A stretch of DNA of 38,369 nucleotides, taken from contig JACPMW010000045.1 of the NCBI GenBank assembly GCA_016185805.1, positions 1 through 38,369 of the forward strand, read 5' to 3'. How positions within the stretch are numbered: the stretch's first letter is position 1; each line of letters opens with the position of its first letter. A program made the position numbers and the translations under genes. The notes under the pieces were generated by a model, which did not search any database, was not told the origin of the DNA, and saw only the letters and a program-made list of their open reading frames with translations. Origin of the DNA: Candidatus Woesearchaeota archaeon. Its GTDB lineage: Archaea > Nanobdellota > Nanobdellia > Woesearchaeales > GW2011-AR4. This document shows, piece after piece, positions 18,573 to 28,900 of this stretch.

Positions 18573-18857
18573 ATGGAAGTGGACAGAAAGCTTCTGGAGC
18601 ATGTTGCAGAAGTCGCAAGGCTCAAATTAAGCGAAGATGAAATAATGAAATTTCTTCCCCAGCTCAAGGAGCTGTTGGAATTCTTTTCACAATTAAAAGG
18701 CATTGAAACAGGCGATGCAAAGCCCAGCTTCCAGCCTGTTGAGCTGAAAAATATATTGAGAGAAGATAAGGAAGGCAAGTGCCTTTCACAGGATGAAGCA
18801 TTGTCCTTGACAGAACATAAAAAAGACGGCTATTTCAAGGGGCCGAGGGCTGTTTGA
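18573..18857 (+). CDS. gatC: Asp/Glu-tRNA amidotransferase subunit C
   Basis: [21 protein letters not shown]. Confidence 0.9.
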   Translation: MEVDRKLLEHVAEVARLKLSEDEIMKFLPQLKELLEFFSQLKGIETGDAKPSFQPVELKNILREDKEGKCLSQDEALSLTEHKKDGYFKGPRAV

Positions 18858-18858
18858 T

Positions 18859-19395
18859 ATGAAGAAGGCAGCCTGCTTGGCTTTGGTGATTCTGTTTTTT
18901 ATCAGCTCATGCGCACCGAAAGGCCAATCAACAAATATGGAAAAAAGCACGGAGAGCGAAATGACAAAGTATGCAATAATTGAAACTGAAAAGGGGATTA
19001 TAAAGGCAGAACTCTACACGTCCAAAGCGCCAGTTACGGCAAAAAATTTTATCGGTTTGGCTGACTCGGGATTTTACAATGGGCTGGCTTTCCACAGGGT
19101 AGAGCCGGGATTTGTTGTGCAGGGCGGCGACCCAAAAGGCGACGGAACAGGCGGCTCCGGAAAAACAATACCGCTTGAAATAAATAATGAATTGAAGCAC
19201 GTGAAAGGGGCGCTTGCCATGGCCCGCTCGCAGGATCCTGACAGCGCATCATCGCAGTTCTATATCACTCTGGACGATACCCCGTTCCTTGATGGAAATT
19301 ATGCGGTTTTTGGAAAGGTTGTTCAGGGAATGGAGGTGGTGGAAAAAATAAAAGTTGGCGACAGGATGAATAAAATACATATAAGTGATGAATAA
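18859..19395 (+). CDS. Cyclophilin-type peptidyl-prolyl isomerase with lipoprotein signal
   Basis: [38 protein letters not shown]; N-terminal ISSC lipobox-like signal. Confidence 0.92.
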   Translation: MKKAACLALVILFFISSCAPKGQSTNMEKSTESEMTKYAIIETEKGIIKAELYTSKAPVTAKNFIGLADSGFYNGLAFHRVEPGFVVQGGDPKGDGTGGSGKTIPLEINNELKHVKGALAMARSQDPDSASSQFYITLDDTPFLDGNYAVFGKVVQGMEVVEKIKVGDRMNKIHISDE

Positions 19396-19397
19396 AA

Positions 19398-20828
19398 ATG
19401 GATACACTTAATTTTATTGAAAAAATAAAAAGCGGAGAAATTGACATAGTCGAGCATACTGAAAAAATTCTTGAGGAATGCAGGCAGATAAATAAGGAAT
19501 ACGGCTATCTTAACACGATTTCTGAAAATTTGGCATTGGGGCAGGCAAAGGAAATCAAAAAACAATTGAAAAGCAAAGATAAAAAAATAAAAAACAAAAA
19601 ATTGCTTGGCATTGCAGTTTCTGTAAAGGATGCAATTTGTGTTAAAGATGTTGAAACAACTGCCGGTTCAAAGATTCTTAGAGGCTACAAGCCATTGTTT
19701 GATGCTTTTGTCATTCAAAGAATAAAGGAAGAAGGCGGAATGATAATAGGCAAGACTTCACAAGATGAGTTCGGTTTTGGAACGTTTTCTATAAATTCCG
19801 CATTTGGAATTCCAAAAAACCCTTTTGACAGGGAAAGAAGCTGCGGCGGCTCTTCTGGAGGAGCAGCCGGATTAAGCCAAAAGCTGAAAAATCACATTGC
19901 ATTGGGTGAGTCAACAGGAGGCTCGATTGCAACGCCTTCATCATTCTGCGGGGTTTATGGATTATGCCCGACTTATGGAAGGGTTTCAAGGCATGGATTG
20001 ATAGATTTTTCAAACTCAATGGACAAGATAGGCCCGATTGGAAAAACAATTGAGGATGTTGCCTTATTGATGGATATTATTGCCGGCCATGACAAAAATG
20101 ACAGCACTTCCTTAAATGCCAAAAGCGAAGATTATGAAAAATACCTTAAAAAGCCGATTAAGGGAATGAAAATCGGCATCATAAAAGAGGCATTTGGACA
20201 AGGAGTTGAGAGAGAAGTTGAAAAAAATGTATACAACGGCATAGAAGAGCTTGAAGAGGAAGGCGCAAAAGCAGAGGAAATTTCCCTTGAGCTTCCAATA
20301 AAATACGGCATTCCAACATATTATATGATTGCAACAAGCGAGGCAAGCACCAATCTTGCAAAGTATTGCGGCATGAGGTATGGCGCAAGCGAAAAGCTTG
20401 AAGGCAGCTTTAATGAATACTTTACGAAAGTCAGGAGCAATAATTTTGGCGAGGAAGCCAAGAGAAGGATTATACTCGGAACATTTGCAAGGATGGCAGG
20501 CTATCGAGATGCTTTTTACCTGAAAGCTGCAAAAGTCAGGACATTGATGATTAATGAGTATAAAAAAGCATTCAAGAAATTTGATGCTTTAGTTAGCCCC
20601 ACTTCTCCAATGCTTCCCCCAAAATTCTCAGAGATTGAAAAGCTGACTCCATTGCAGCATTATTTGGCTGATGTCATGACAGTCTCCCCAAATGTCGCTG
20701 GCCTGCCTCATTTAAATGTGCCTGTAGGCTTTGAAAAAAATCTTCCAGTAGGAATGCTCCTGATAGCAGACCATTTGCAAGAAGGGAAACTGATACAATT
20801 GGGAAGCGCTGTGGAGAAGGGAAAATGA
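19398..20828 (+). CDS. gatA: Asp/Glu-tRNA amidotransferase subunit A
   Basis: Amidase signature GGSSGG, STGGSI, EASTNLAKYCGMRYG, EAKRRIILG. Confidence 0.95.
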   Translation: MDTLNFIEKIKSGEIDIVEHTEKILEECRQINKEYGYLNTISENLALGQAKEIKKQLKSKDKKIKNKKLLGIAVSVKDAICVKDVETTAGSKILRGYKPLFDAFVIQRIKEEGGMIIGKTSQDEFGFGTFSINSAFGIPKNPFDRERSCGGSSGGAAGLSQKLKNHIALGESTGGSIATPSSFCGVYGLCPTYGRVSRHGLIDFSNSMDKIGPIGKTIEDVALLMDIIAGHDKNDSTSLNAKSEDYEKYLKKPIKGMKIGIIKEAFGQGVEREVEKNVYNGIEELEEEGAKAEEISLELPIKYGIPTYYMIATSEASTNLAKYCGMRYGASEKLEGSFNEYFTKVRSNNFGEEAKRRIILGTFARMAGYRDAFYLKAAKVRTLMINEYKKAFKKFDALVSPTSPMLPPKFSEIEKLTPLQHYLADVMTVSPNVAGLPHLNVPVGFEKNLPVGMLLIADHLQEGKLIQLGSAVEKGK

Positions 20829-20988
20829 GAAATTATGTAATGTATGGTGGTTGTGGAGGCAGAAGAGAACATAATCCAGAAGATATAACTGCTGCCGCAT
20901 AAAGGATGATTGGTAATGAAAAAATTAACTATTTACCTGATGATAGTAATAACATGATTAAAAGAAAATTATCGAGGAATCATTGAAA

Positions 20989-21012
20989 TAGCACTGGACA
21001 TCTGCGGGTGAA
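20989..21012 (+). promoter_or_regulatory. Pre-TATA motif copy 2 (TAGCACTGGACATCTGCGGGTGAA)
   Basis: Immediately followed by ATATATAAA and the Bro-N gene. Confidence 0.55.
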
Positions 21013-21044
21013 ATATATAAAGGGTAAGTTTATACAAAATAAGA

Positions 21045-21856
21045 ATGGAACAAGAAAAATCATTAGCTGTGTTTCGAGGAAATCAGATTAGAAGGACTTG
21101 GCACAATAATGAATGGAATTTTGTGGTTGAAGATGTAGTGCTGGCGCTAACTAACTCAAAAGACCCTAAACAGTACATACAGAAGATGAAGCAGAGGGAT
21201 GAAGAGCTTTCCAAAGGGTGGGTACAGATTGTACATACCCTTTCAGTCTATACCCAAGGCGGAATTCAAAAGATGAATTGTGCTAATACGCAAGTATTGC
21301 TTCTCCAAAAGCTGAGCCATTTAAGCTATGGCTCGCAAAAGTTGGATACGAACGGGTGCAGGAGATAGAAAACCCGGAACTTTCTCAGGAAAGGATGAAG
21401 GAAATTTATGAGCAAAAAGGATATTCCAAGTCATGGATTGACAGAAGACTGAGGGGCATTGCTGTAAGGCAAGGTCTCACAGATGAGTGGAAAAAGAGAG
21501 GGCTAAATAAACAGGAGGATTTTTCAATTCTTACAGCAGAAATATCCAAGGCAGCTTTTGGCATGACTCCTTCTGAATACAAAAAACTCAAGAAACTTGA
21601 CAAAGAGAATCTTCGTGACCACATGACTGATTTAGAGCTGATATTTACCATGCTTGGAGAGGCATCAACAACTGAAATTGAGAAATTCAAAGATCCCAAA
21701 ACATTTTTACAGCATAAAAAGGCATCAAGGGAGGGTGGCACAATATCAAAGAATGCAAGGCTGGAGCTGGAAAGGAAAACAAAAAGAAAAATCATAACAA
21801 AAGAAAACTACCTTGATAAGCCCGAAAGCCAGAAAAGAATTGAATCTAAAAAATAA
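21045..21856 (+). pseudogene. Bro-N domain (phage antirepressor-like) protein, frameshifted
   Basis: IRRTWHNNEWNFVVEDVV in the first frame. SPKAEPFKLWLAKVGYERVQEIENPEL and LRDHMTDLELIF continue in another frame after about 21293. Confidence 0.8.
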
Positions 21857-21868
21857 AGGGGTTAATCA

Positions 21869-23266
21869 ATGAAATTTCAATCTGACGTTGTCATCGGTTT
21901 AGAAGTGCATTGCGAGCTATCCACAAAAACAAAACTCTTCTGCCCCTGCCCGACAAAAGGAAATGAAGAGCCAAACACAAGGACCTGTCCAATATGCCTC
22001 GGGCATCCGGGCTCAAAGCCAGTCCTGAACAAAAAAGCCGTTGAATTTGCATTAAAACTGTGCCTTGCATTAAACTGCGAAATATCACCTGAACTGATTT
22101 TTTCCAGAAAATCCTATTTCTATCCTGACATGGCCAAGAATTATCAAATCACACAATATGATATTCCTCTTGGAAGAAAAGGAAAGTTAAAAATCGGCAA
22201 CAAAGAAATCGGAATTACAAGAGTTCACATGGAAGAAGATCCGGCTTCCTTGGTACATCCCGCCGGCATGAAGGAATCAGCTTATGTTTTGGTTGACTAC
22301 AACCGGAGCGGCAACCCCCTTGTTGAAATAGTCACAGAGCCTGACTTGACATCTCCTGACGAGGCAAGGGATTTCATGAAGCAGCTGATTACAGTCCTTG
22401 GCTATCTTGAGATTTTTGACATCAATAAAGGTATAATAAAGGCTGATGCTAATATCTCCATAAAAGAGAGCAATTACACAAGGGTTGAGATTAAAAACAT
22501 AACTGGATTCAGGGAGATTGAAAGGGCCTTGCTTTACGAAGTGAAAAGGCAGAAAGAAGCCGTTAAAATCGGGCAGGAGACAAGGTCATGGGACTCTGAA
22601 AGGGGCATTACATTTTCTTTGAGAAAAAAGGAGACGGAAGAGGACTATGGCTACATAATTGACACTGATTTGGTTGTCACAGAAATCGAGGATAAATGGG
22701 TTAACGGGATAAGGAAGCATATGCCAGAGCTTGCACAGGACAAGGTAAAAAAATTCATACAAAAATACAAGCTCAAGAAAGAAGATGCTGAAATCATTGC
22801 AGCAGGGAAGCAGCTTGCAGAGATGTTCGAGAAAGTCGCCCAAGAAATAGACCCATTGCTTGCAGCAAAATGGCTGAGAAGGGAATTGTTGAGGGTTTTG
22901 AATTACAGCAAAAAAGAGCTGCACGAAACAGGAATAAATGAAAAGCACATGATTGATTTGCTGAAGTTAATTGAAGCCAAAAAAATCACAGACAATGTTG
23001 CGGCAAAAATTCTTGAAAAGCTGGTTGAAAAACCGTTTGATGTAAAGGAACATGTTAAAAAAGAAGGTTTAGAGGCTGTTTCTGACATTTCGGAATTGGA
23101 GAAATACTGCAGGGAAGCAATTGAAGAGAATCCAAAGGCTGTCGACGATTACAAAAAAGGCGAGGCGAAAGCGTTGAATTTCATCGTGGGCAAAGTGATG
23201 CAGAAAACAAAAGGCAAAGCAACTCCAAAAGAGGTTAATGAGATTTTAATGAGGATGATAAAATAA
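21869..23266 (+). CDS. gatB: Asp/Glu-tRNA amidotransferase subunit B
   Basis: IGLEVH, FSRKSYFYPD, HMEED, DYNRSGNPLVEIVTEP, RVEIKN, C-terminal YqeY-like domain. Confidence 0.96.
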   Translation: MKFQSDVVIGLEVHCELSTKTKLFCPCPTKGNEEPNTRTCPICLGHPGSKPVLNKKAVEFALKLCLALNCEISPELIFSRKSYFYPDMAKNYQITQYDIPLGRKGKLKIGNKEIGITRVHMEEDPASLVHPAGMKESAYVLVDYNRSGNPLVEIVTEPDLTSPDEARDFMKQLITVLGYLEIFDINKGIIKADANISIKESNYTRVEIKNITGFREIERALLYEVKRQKEAVKIGQETRSWDSERGITFSLRKKETEEDYGYIIDTDLVVTEIEDKWVNGIRKHMPELAQDKVKKFIQKYKLKKEDAEIIAAGKQLAEMFEKVAQEIDPLLAAKWLRRELLRVLNYSKKELHETGINEKHMIDLLKLIEAKKITDNVAAKILEKLVEKPFDVKEHVKKEGLEAVSDISELEKYCREAIEENPKAVDDYKKGEAKALNFIVGKVMQKTKGKATPKEVNEILMRMIK

Positions 23267-23273
23267 AAGATAA

Positions 23274-23606
23274 TCAAAAAACTTTAATAAATTCAGATTT
23301 TACTTTCTCAAAGGTCGCGTTGCTTAAAGTTCCTATTCTCATGACTATTAATCTTTTTTCAACCGTGAATACTTTGTCAATTTTTATGCAACTTGGTTTA
23401 ATGAGTTTGCCGCTGCTCAAGTCCTCTTCATTTATAAGAATAGAGTAAGTCTCATCCCTTATAACAGTAGTGAGGGGCAGCATTATGCTATCGTTTGATT
23501 TTTTATTGAGAAAATCATTTGAAACTACAAGCGCAGGCCTTACTTTTGTCCTTTCCAAATCAGTGAATGGGTAAGGCAATAGAACTATGTCTTTTTGTTT
23601 AACCAT
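23274..23606 (-). CDS. PemK/MazF family toxin
   Basis: DIVLLPYPFTD...KVRPALVVSN. Confidence 0.9.
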   Translation of the reverse strand: MVKQKDIVLLPYPFTDLERTKVRPALVVSNDFLNKKSNDSIMLPLTTVIRDETYSILINEEDLSSGKLIKPSCIKIDKVFTVEKRLIVMRIGTLSNATFEKVKSEFIKVF

Positions 23607-23616
23607 TGTAAAACTT

Positions 23617-23892
23617 CTAGATTTTGGTTTTACTAATTTTCAAATAGTTATTCCAGATATCGTCTTGCTTGTTGCCCCAGACGTCCTTAAGCGCCTGTTC
23701 GCTAAATCTCATCAAATCCTTGAAATGGTCTTTCATTTTTGCTGATACCCTGTGTGATTTTTCTATCAATATTTTTCCATTGGATTCAAAAATAACTAAT
23801 TCGTCCCCTTTTTTGATGCCTGCCTGCTCCCTAATGGTTTGCGGAATGGCTATTTGCCCTTTGTCAGAAACTTTTATGGTTTTAACAATCAT
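23617..23892 (-). CDS. AbrB/MazE family antitoxin
   Basis: KVSDKGQIAIPQTIREQAGIKKGD; directly upstream of the toxin. Confidence 0.9.
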   Translation of the reverse strand: MIVKTIKVSDKGQIAIPQTIREQAGIKKGDELVIFESNGKILIEKSHRVSAKMKDHFKDLMRFSEQALKDVWGNKQDDIWNNYLKISKTKI

Positions 23893-24057
23893 GATGAAGG
23901 TAAGAATTTTCTTACTTATAAGCTTTTCGGTTTTGAAGAGCGGAATGTGTTAAAACCAAAGGAAAGGCAGCCCCTAAGAAGTCAATGAGATAATTGTGAA
24001 GCTAATTAAATAATTTCCATCAAAAAGCTTTTATATGCCTTCTAAAAAGAAAGATTC

Positions 24058-25386
24058 ATGTCAAAAAAGAGCTTGTTGTTTTCATTAGTTTTGATTTCTT
24101 TTATAATTTCTGGCTGCACAGCAAAAGTAGAACAGCAGGAAGCTACCCAAATTCCTGAAATCAAGGAAAGTATAGAACAGGAGCAGAATGATTATGATAC
24201 AGCACAACAATCCGACATTTTGGAAGAAAGAGATATTGAGCATGGAAAGGAATCTTCCCAACAATCTGGCTGGTCAGTCCTGCATACAAAACTAGATGGG
24301 TGTCAAGAAAAAGATGTTGTATTCACAAGCCTTCCCTTGGATATTGAGGATATAACGGCGGTTGAGCCTCAAGGAGAGCTTACAAATTCAGGGCATGTAA
24401 CTCCGGGCGACCATGCTGGATTCCAGTATGATGCAAAAACAAAAATTAACGTTTATGCAATGGCAGACGGGTACATCAAGAGAGTGGAAAGGAACAGGCC
24501 CTTTGGCGAGCTAAAATCAAAGAATTATCATGTATACATAGAATTTTCCTGCTCGATGTTCGCAAGCTATGTGCATGTGACAGAGATTGCGCCTGAAATT
24601 TTGGAAGCATCTCCTGAATTCAAGAGACTGGATTCTCTGGAAGAGGTTCCTGACAATGAGAGAAGCATCTGGCCAAACATACCCATAAAAGCAGGACAAA
24701 TTATTGGAAAGGCAAATGAATGGGGCTTGCTTGGGATGCTGATTGCAGACACCAAAGTCACGCTTCCCGGATTTGCCAATCCTGAAAAATATAAAGGGGA
24801 AGACTGGAAAATGCACGCTGTTCCTCCATTCGATTATTTCACGCCAGAGCTTAAATCGCAGCTTATGGAAAAGAATCCAAGGAAAAAAGAGCCAAAAGGG
24901 GGCAAGATAGATTTTGATGTTCCCGGAAAACTGTCTGGCAATTGGTTCCTGGAAGGCACAGACTATGCGGGTTCAAAGGAAAAAATCCCGATATATTGCG
25001 GAAACCAGTTATGTCCTTACTGGAGCGGGCATCTTGCATTTGTGTATGATTTTGTCGATCCTGACCAAGCCAGAGTTTCATTTGGAGACTATTCCGGATG
25101 GTATCCTCAGGGCCCGTATGGCATGAAAGGAAATGCAGACTTTGCAAAAATTAGTGCAGAAGACGGATTAGTAAATCTTGAGCTGGTGTCAATAGATGAC
25201 ATCGGAAATGAGTGCGGATTTGTAACACAGGGAAAGCCGCTTTGCACAAGGAACAGCAATAATGTTGTTGGCATCATACTTGTCCAGATGCTTGATAACA
25301 ATAAAATAAAAGTTGAGCTGTTTCCAGGCAAGACAGCATCGGAAGTTGCAGGCTTTACAGGCAAAGCAAAAGTTTATGAGAGGTAA
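24058..25386 (+). CDS. Lipoprotein with a possible degenerate M23/LytM-like domain
   Basis: Lipobox IISGC; VYAMADGYI, YVHV and IKAGQIIG follow M23 spacing. Confidence 0.6.
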   Translation: MSKKSLLFSLVLISFIISGCTAKVEQQEATQIPEIKESIEQEQNDYDTAQQSDILEERDIEHGKESSQQSGWSVLHTKLDGCQEKDVVFTSLPLDIEDITAVEPQGELTNSGHVTPGDHAGFQYDAKTKINVYAMADGYIKRVERNRPFGELKSKNYHVYIEFSCSMFASYVHVTEIAPEILEASPEFKRLDSLEEVPDNERSIWPNIPIKAGQIIGKANEWGLLGMLIADTKVTLPGFANPEKYKGEDWKMHAVPPFDYFTPELKSQLMEKNPRKKEPKGGKIDFDVPGKLSGNWFLEGTDYAGSKEKIPIYCGNQLCPYWSGHLAFVYDFVDPDQARVSFGDYSGWYPQGPYGMKGNADFAKISAEDGLVNLELVSIDDIGNECGFVTQGKPLCTRNSNNVVGIILVQMLDNNKIKVELFPGKTASEVAGFTGKAKVYER

Positions 25387-25433
25387 AATGCCAATAAAAT
25401 TCCTGGATTTTGTTTTATTTTCATAAATTGTCC

Positions 25434-25508
25434 CGTATAACCGCTTTTTTGCGGTTCGCTTCGCTCAGCCTAAGTTTCAGCAAAACTTCGCAAAAAAATA
25501 GTTATATG
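25434..25508 (+). repeat. attC-like hairpin, left (CGTATAAC...GTTATATG)
   Basis: TAAC/GTTA core boxes, inner stem TTTTTTGCG/CGCAAAAAA, internal GTTCGCTTCGCTCAGCC shared with the right site. Confidence 0.7.
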
Positions 25509-25728
25509 TTCGTTCGTGCCGCTTCTTCATTATGGTTTTACCTTGCAGGTCGTGGAATAACTTTCGCATAATCTGGAAGATTATACGCAGGTCTTAAACT
25601 AGTGTACGCATAATTCGAGAAAACCCGCCTATTCCTGATAATATTAACCGTAAATCCTTTAGTTGTCGCCTTTCTAATGCAGTAAAATAACAGTAAACAT
25701 TTTAAACTACTAAAGACCTCCAGTCTTT

Positions 25729-26892
25729 ATGGCAAATAATGAGGAAAACTGGGTTATGCCCGAAGAAGACGATGATGGGGGAGAAGATACGCCTTTAGAA
25801 TATAATATAACTTCTTCTCCAAATGATTTTAATACAAAAACTGTATTTGATTTTATGGAAAAGGGGATTGTTAAGATTCCAGGATTTCAAAGAAATTATG
25901 TTTGGGACATAAAAAGAGCTTCTAAGTTAATAGAATCCATAATTATGGGGTTGCCAATTCCTCAGATATTTTTGTATGAAAAAGATAAGAATGACTTTCT
26001 AGTAATAGATGGTCAACAGAGACTTATGACAATCTACTATTTTTTTAAAAAAAGATTCCCTAGGCAAGATAAAAGAATTGAATTGAGAAAAGTCTTTGAT
26101 ACCGAAGGTAAAATTCCAGATAGAATCCTTGAAAGTAACAGTTATTTTACAGATTTTGAGTTAAAGCTGACAGAACCTGTCCCTGAGGTTGATAACAGGC
26201 TAGATGGTTTAAATTATTCAACATTAGAAGATAACGATAGGAATACATTTGACTTAAGAACTATAAGAATTGTGATAATAAAACAAAGTCATCCTCCAGA
26301 TGACCATTCTGCCATGTATGAGATATTTTATAGATTAAACACTGGCGGGATGAACTTAAATCCACAAGAAATAAGGGCTAGTTTATACCATTCAGATTTT
26401 TATGATATGCTTTCTAAATTAAACTTGAATAGTAAATGGAGAAGATTAACAAAACCAGAACCGGATTTGCATATGAAAGATATTGAGATTATAGTTAGGG
26501 GTTTTGGCATGTTAATGGAAAATCAAAATTATAAGCCTTCAATGGTTAAATTTCTTAATACATTTTCCCAAAAAAGTAAAACCTTCACTACACAAAAAAT
26601 AGACTACTTAAAAGAATTATTTGAAGGATTTTTAGATGCCTGTGATAATTTGCCTAACAAAATTTTTTTAACTCAGTCAGGTCAATTTAATGTTTCTATG
26701 TTTGAGGCAGTTTTTGTTGCCGCTACAACTGAACCTTATCAAAATGAGGACACGAATGTTAAAATAATTGATGCTGACAAACTGAATGCGCTAAAGGAAG
26801 ATCAGGAGTTTAGTGATGCAATTCAAAGACAAACTACTAGTAAGAAAAATGTTTTAATAAGAATAAGCAGAGCTCGAGAAATTTTATTGTAA
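25729..26892 (+). CDS. DUF262 (ParB/Srx-like, GmrS-type) domain protein
   Basis: PGFQRNYVW, LIESIIMGLPIP, VIDGQQRL, IFYRLNTGG. Confidence 0.9.
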   Translation: MANNEENWVMPEEDDDGGEDTPLEYNITSSPNDFNTKTVFDFMEKGIVKIPGFQRNYVWDIKRASKLIESIIMGLPIPQIFLYEKDKNDFLVIDGQQRLMTIYYFFKKRFPRQDKRIELRKVFDTEGKIPDRILESNSYFTDFELKLTEPVPEVDNRLDGLNYSTLEDNDRNTFDLRTIRIVIIKQSHPPDDHSAMYEIFYRLNTGGMNLNPQEIRASLYHSDFYDMLSKLNLNSKWRRLTKPEPDLHMKDIEIIVRGFGMLMENQNYKPSMVKFLNTFSQKSKTFTTQKIDYLKELFEGFLDACDNLPNKIFLTQSGQFNVSMFEAVFVAATTEPYQNEDTNVKIIDADKLNALKEDQEFSDAIQRQTTSKKNVLIRISRAREILL

Positions 26893-26904
26893 TGATTCAT
26901 TTTC

Positions 26905-27423
26905 ATGGTAGAAAACATTATAGATGAATTCTATAAACGGCACTTAGAATTATTAAATTATTTGGAAGAAAATAAAGAGATTTCGCTTAGAAGTGAAGCT
27001 GATGATAATTTTAAAAAAGTTTTAGTCATAGCCATTGCTAGTTTTTTTGAACAGGAAATTATAGACACCCTAAATAGGCTTATAGAAACCAAAATTAATG
27101 ATGGTAGATTAATATTTTTCAGTAAATTTAAAGGCATCAGGCGCCAATATTATACTTATTTTGACTTTGATACCGACAATAATGCCAATCGATTTTTTAA
27201 AATTTTTGGAGATGAATTTAAAAAACAGGCAGAAGAAGATGTAAAATTAAATCAAGATTTGGGGCAAGGAGTTAAGTCTTTCTTGGAGATAGGATTGACA
27301 AGGGACAGGTTAATTCATCAAAATTTTGCTACTTTCTATTTAGAGAAAACTTCAATAGAAATTTATAACTTATATAAATCAGCAATGGTTTTCATAGACT
27401 ACTTAAAAAATAAATTATGTTAA
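26905..27423 (+). CDS. HEPN domain protein (DUF262-associated type)
   Basis: IASFFE and RDRLIH (RxxxxH); 12 nt downstream of DUF262. Confidence 0.8.
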   Translation: MVENIIDEFYKRHLELLNYLEENKEISLRSEADDNFKKVLVIAIASFFEQEIIDTLNRLIETKINDGRLIFFSKFKGIRRQYYTYFDFDTDNNANRFFKIFGDEFKKQAEEDVKLNQDLGQGVKSFLEIGLTRDRLIHQNFATFYLEKTSIEIYNLYKSAMVFIDYLKNKLC

Positions 27424-27429
27424 TCATTA

Positions 27430-27831
27430 TTAATTTGATAAATAAAATTTCATTATTTTGTTGATGCATTTTTCTAGATTTTTCTTAATATCGTGCTCCC
27501 AGACTCTGATTACTTTCCATTCCTCTTTTTTCAGCATTCTATTATATTTCTTTGCCCTATCAATATTTTTCTGAATTTTTTCCTGCCAATACTTTCTAGG
27601 CGGCACTTTTCCCAATTTTTTCCAATTGTAACCATGCCAAAAGTCGCCATCAAGGAAAACTGCAATTTTATGTTTTTTGCTACCGAAGTCTGGATTTCCT
27701 AGTATTCCTTTTGGCTGATATCTAAGGTAAGTCCCTTTTAGCCTAGCTTTTAAAAACAGCTCTGGGCTTGTATTATTTGAGCGTATCTTTGACATTACTT
27801 CGCTTCGCTTTTTTTTGGTAAAAACATCCAT
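27430..27831 (-). CDS. vsr: Very short patch repair endonuclease
   Basis: DVFTKKKRSEVMSKIRS, GNPDF, FLDGDFWHG, RVWEH. Confidence 0.93.
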   Translation of the reverse strand: MDVFTKKKRSEVMSKIRSNNTSPELFLKARLKGTYLRYQPKGILGNPDFGSKKHKIAVFLDGDFWHGYNWKKLGKVPPRKYWQEKIQKNIDRAKKYNRMLKKEEWKVIRVWEHDIKKNLEKCINKIMKFYLSN

Positions 27832-27922
27832 AATCCCTATTAGCTGGGATTCCTTTTAAATAATTTACTGGTCATAACTACAATGGAAAATAATATAAGT
27901 AGCAACATGTTACCTATTCATT

Positions 27923-28900
27923 ATGGAAAAGATAAAAAAGAAAATTTCGATTTCAGATATTAGAGAAGGGAATGTAGTGGAGGATATATTTGTTGTTAAA
28001 ATAAAGAAAGATTTCAAGCCTTATAGTAAGGGGTACAGTTTCACTCTAGTTCTTACGGATTCCAGTGGGGGAAGCTTGGACCTTAAGTTTTGGGGAGACT
28101 CAGATGAAAACAAAGTAAAGGCACTTTTTGATTCTATACCTTCAGATTCTGTTTTGAAAGTTTCAGGGAAAGCTAGCTCCTATCAAAGCATAATGCAACT
28201 AGCAATTAACGATTATAATAGTATACAGTTATTAAAGCCAGGGGAGTATGATTCCTCGGATTTTATACCGACAACAAAAAAAGACATAGAGCAAATGTAT
28301 AAGAATCTTATTGAAATTATAAATACTATTTCTGATGAAAAGATAAAAATCCTACTGCTCGAAGTGGTAGAAAAAGATTTCAAAGAGGAAATCAAAATAC
28401 ATCCAGCAGCCATTCAGTACCATCATGGATGGGTTGGAGGATTGCTAGAACATATCTTAGAAGTGATTGAGATATGTGAAACTGCATTTAAGATTAATGG
28501 CTCATTGAATAGGAATCTTTTGATTGCAGGAGCTATACTCCATGACATAGGGAAAATAGAGGAATTGGAGGTTACAACTAGAATAAAGGCAACCAGGAAA
28601 GGTCAATTGATTGGACATTTGACAATGGGGGCTTTTTATGTTAATAAGAAGCTTGAGTCCTCTCAAATTGATGATTTAACCAAAGAAAAATTGATACATC
28701 TTATATTAAGTCATCATGGAAAGTTCGAATACGGGTCACCAAAAGAGCCTATGTTTCCTGAGGCAGCAGTTTTGTACTATGCCGATGAGTTAAGCTCTAA
28801 GCTTGCCGAGTTGCACAAAATTGTAGAAGACAATAAAGATGTTACAGAAGATGATTTTACTTTTGTTAGAAGGAAAGGCAATAATATTTTCCTAAGGTAA
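27923..28900 (+). CDS. YhaM/Cbf1-like 3'-5' exoribonuclease (OB fold + HD domain)
   Basis: LTDSSG, HPAAIQYHHGWVGGLLEH, LHDIGK, ILSHHGKFEYGSP, YADEL. Confidence 0.88.
   Translation: MEKIKKKISISDIREGNVVEDIFVVKIKKDFKPYSKGYSFTLVLTDSSGGSLDLKFWGDSDENKVKALFDSIPSDSVLKVSGKASSYQSIMQLAINDYNSIQLLKPGEYDSSDFIPTTKKDIEQMYKNLIEIINTISDEKIKILLLEVVEKDFKEEIKIHPAAIQYHHGWVGGLLEHILEVIEICETAFKINGSLNRNLLIAGAILHDIGKIEELEVTTRIKATRKGQLIGHLTMGAFYVNKKLESSQIDDLTKEKLIHLILSHHGKFEYGSPKEPMFPEAAVLYYADELSSKLAELHKIVEDNKDVTEDDFTFVRRKGNNIFLR

Noticed and set aside
20826-20985. Tiny ORFs between gatA and Bro-N
   Set aside because: Under 30 codons with no motif; probably insertion debris.
25561-25591. Canonical dif site (CGCATAA...TTATACG)
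   Set aside because: The spacer between arms is 9 bp rather than 6 and there is no XerD-like arm; kept only as a possible accessory site.
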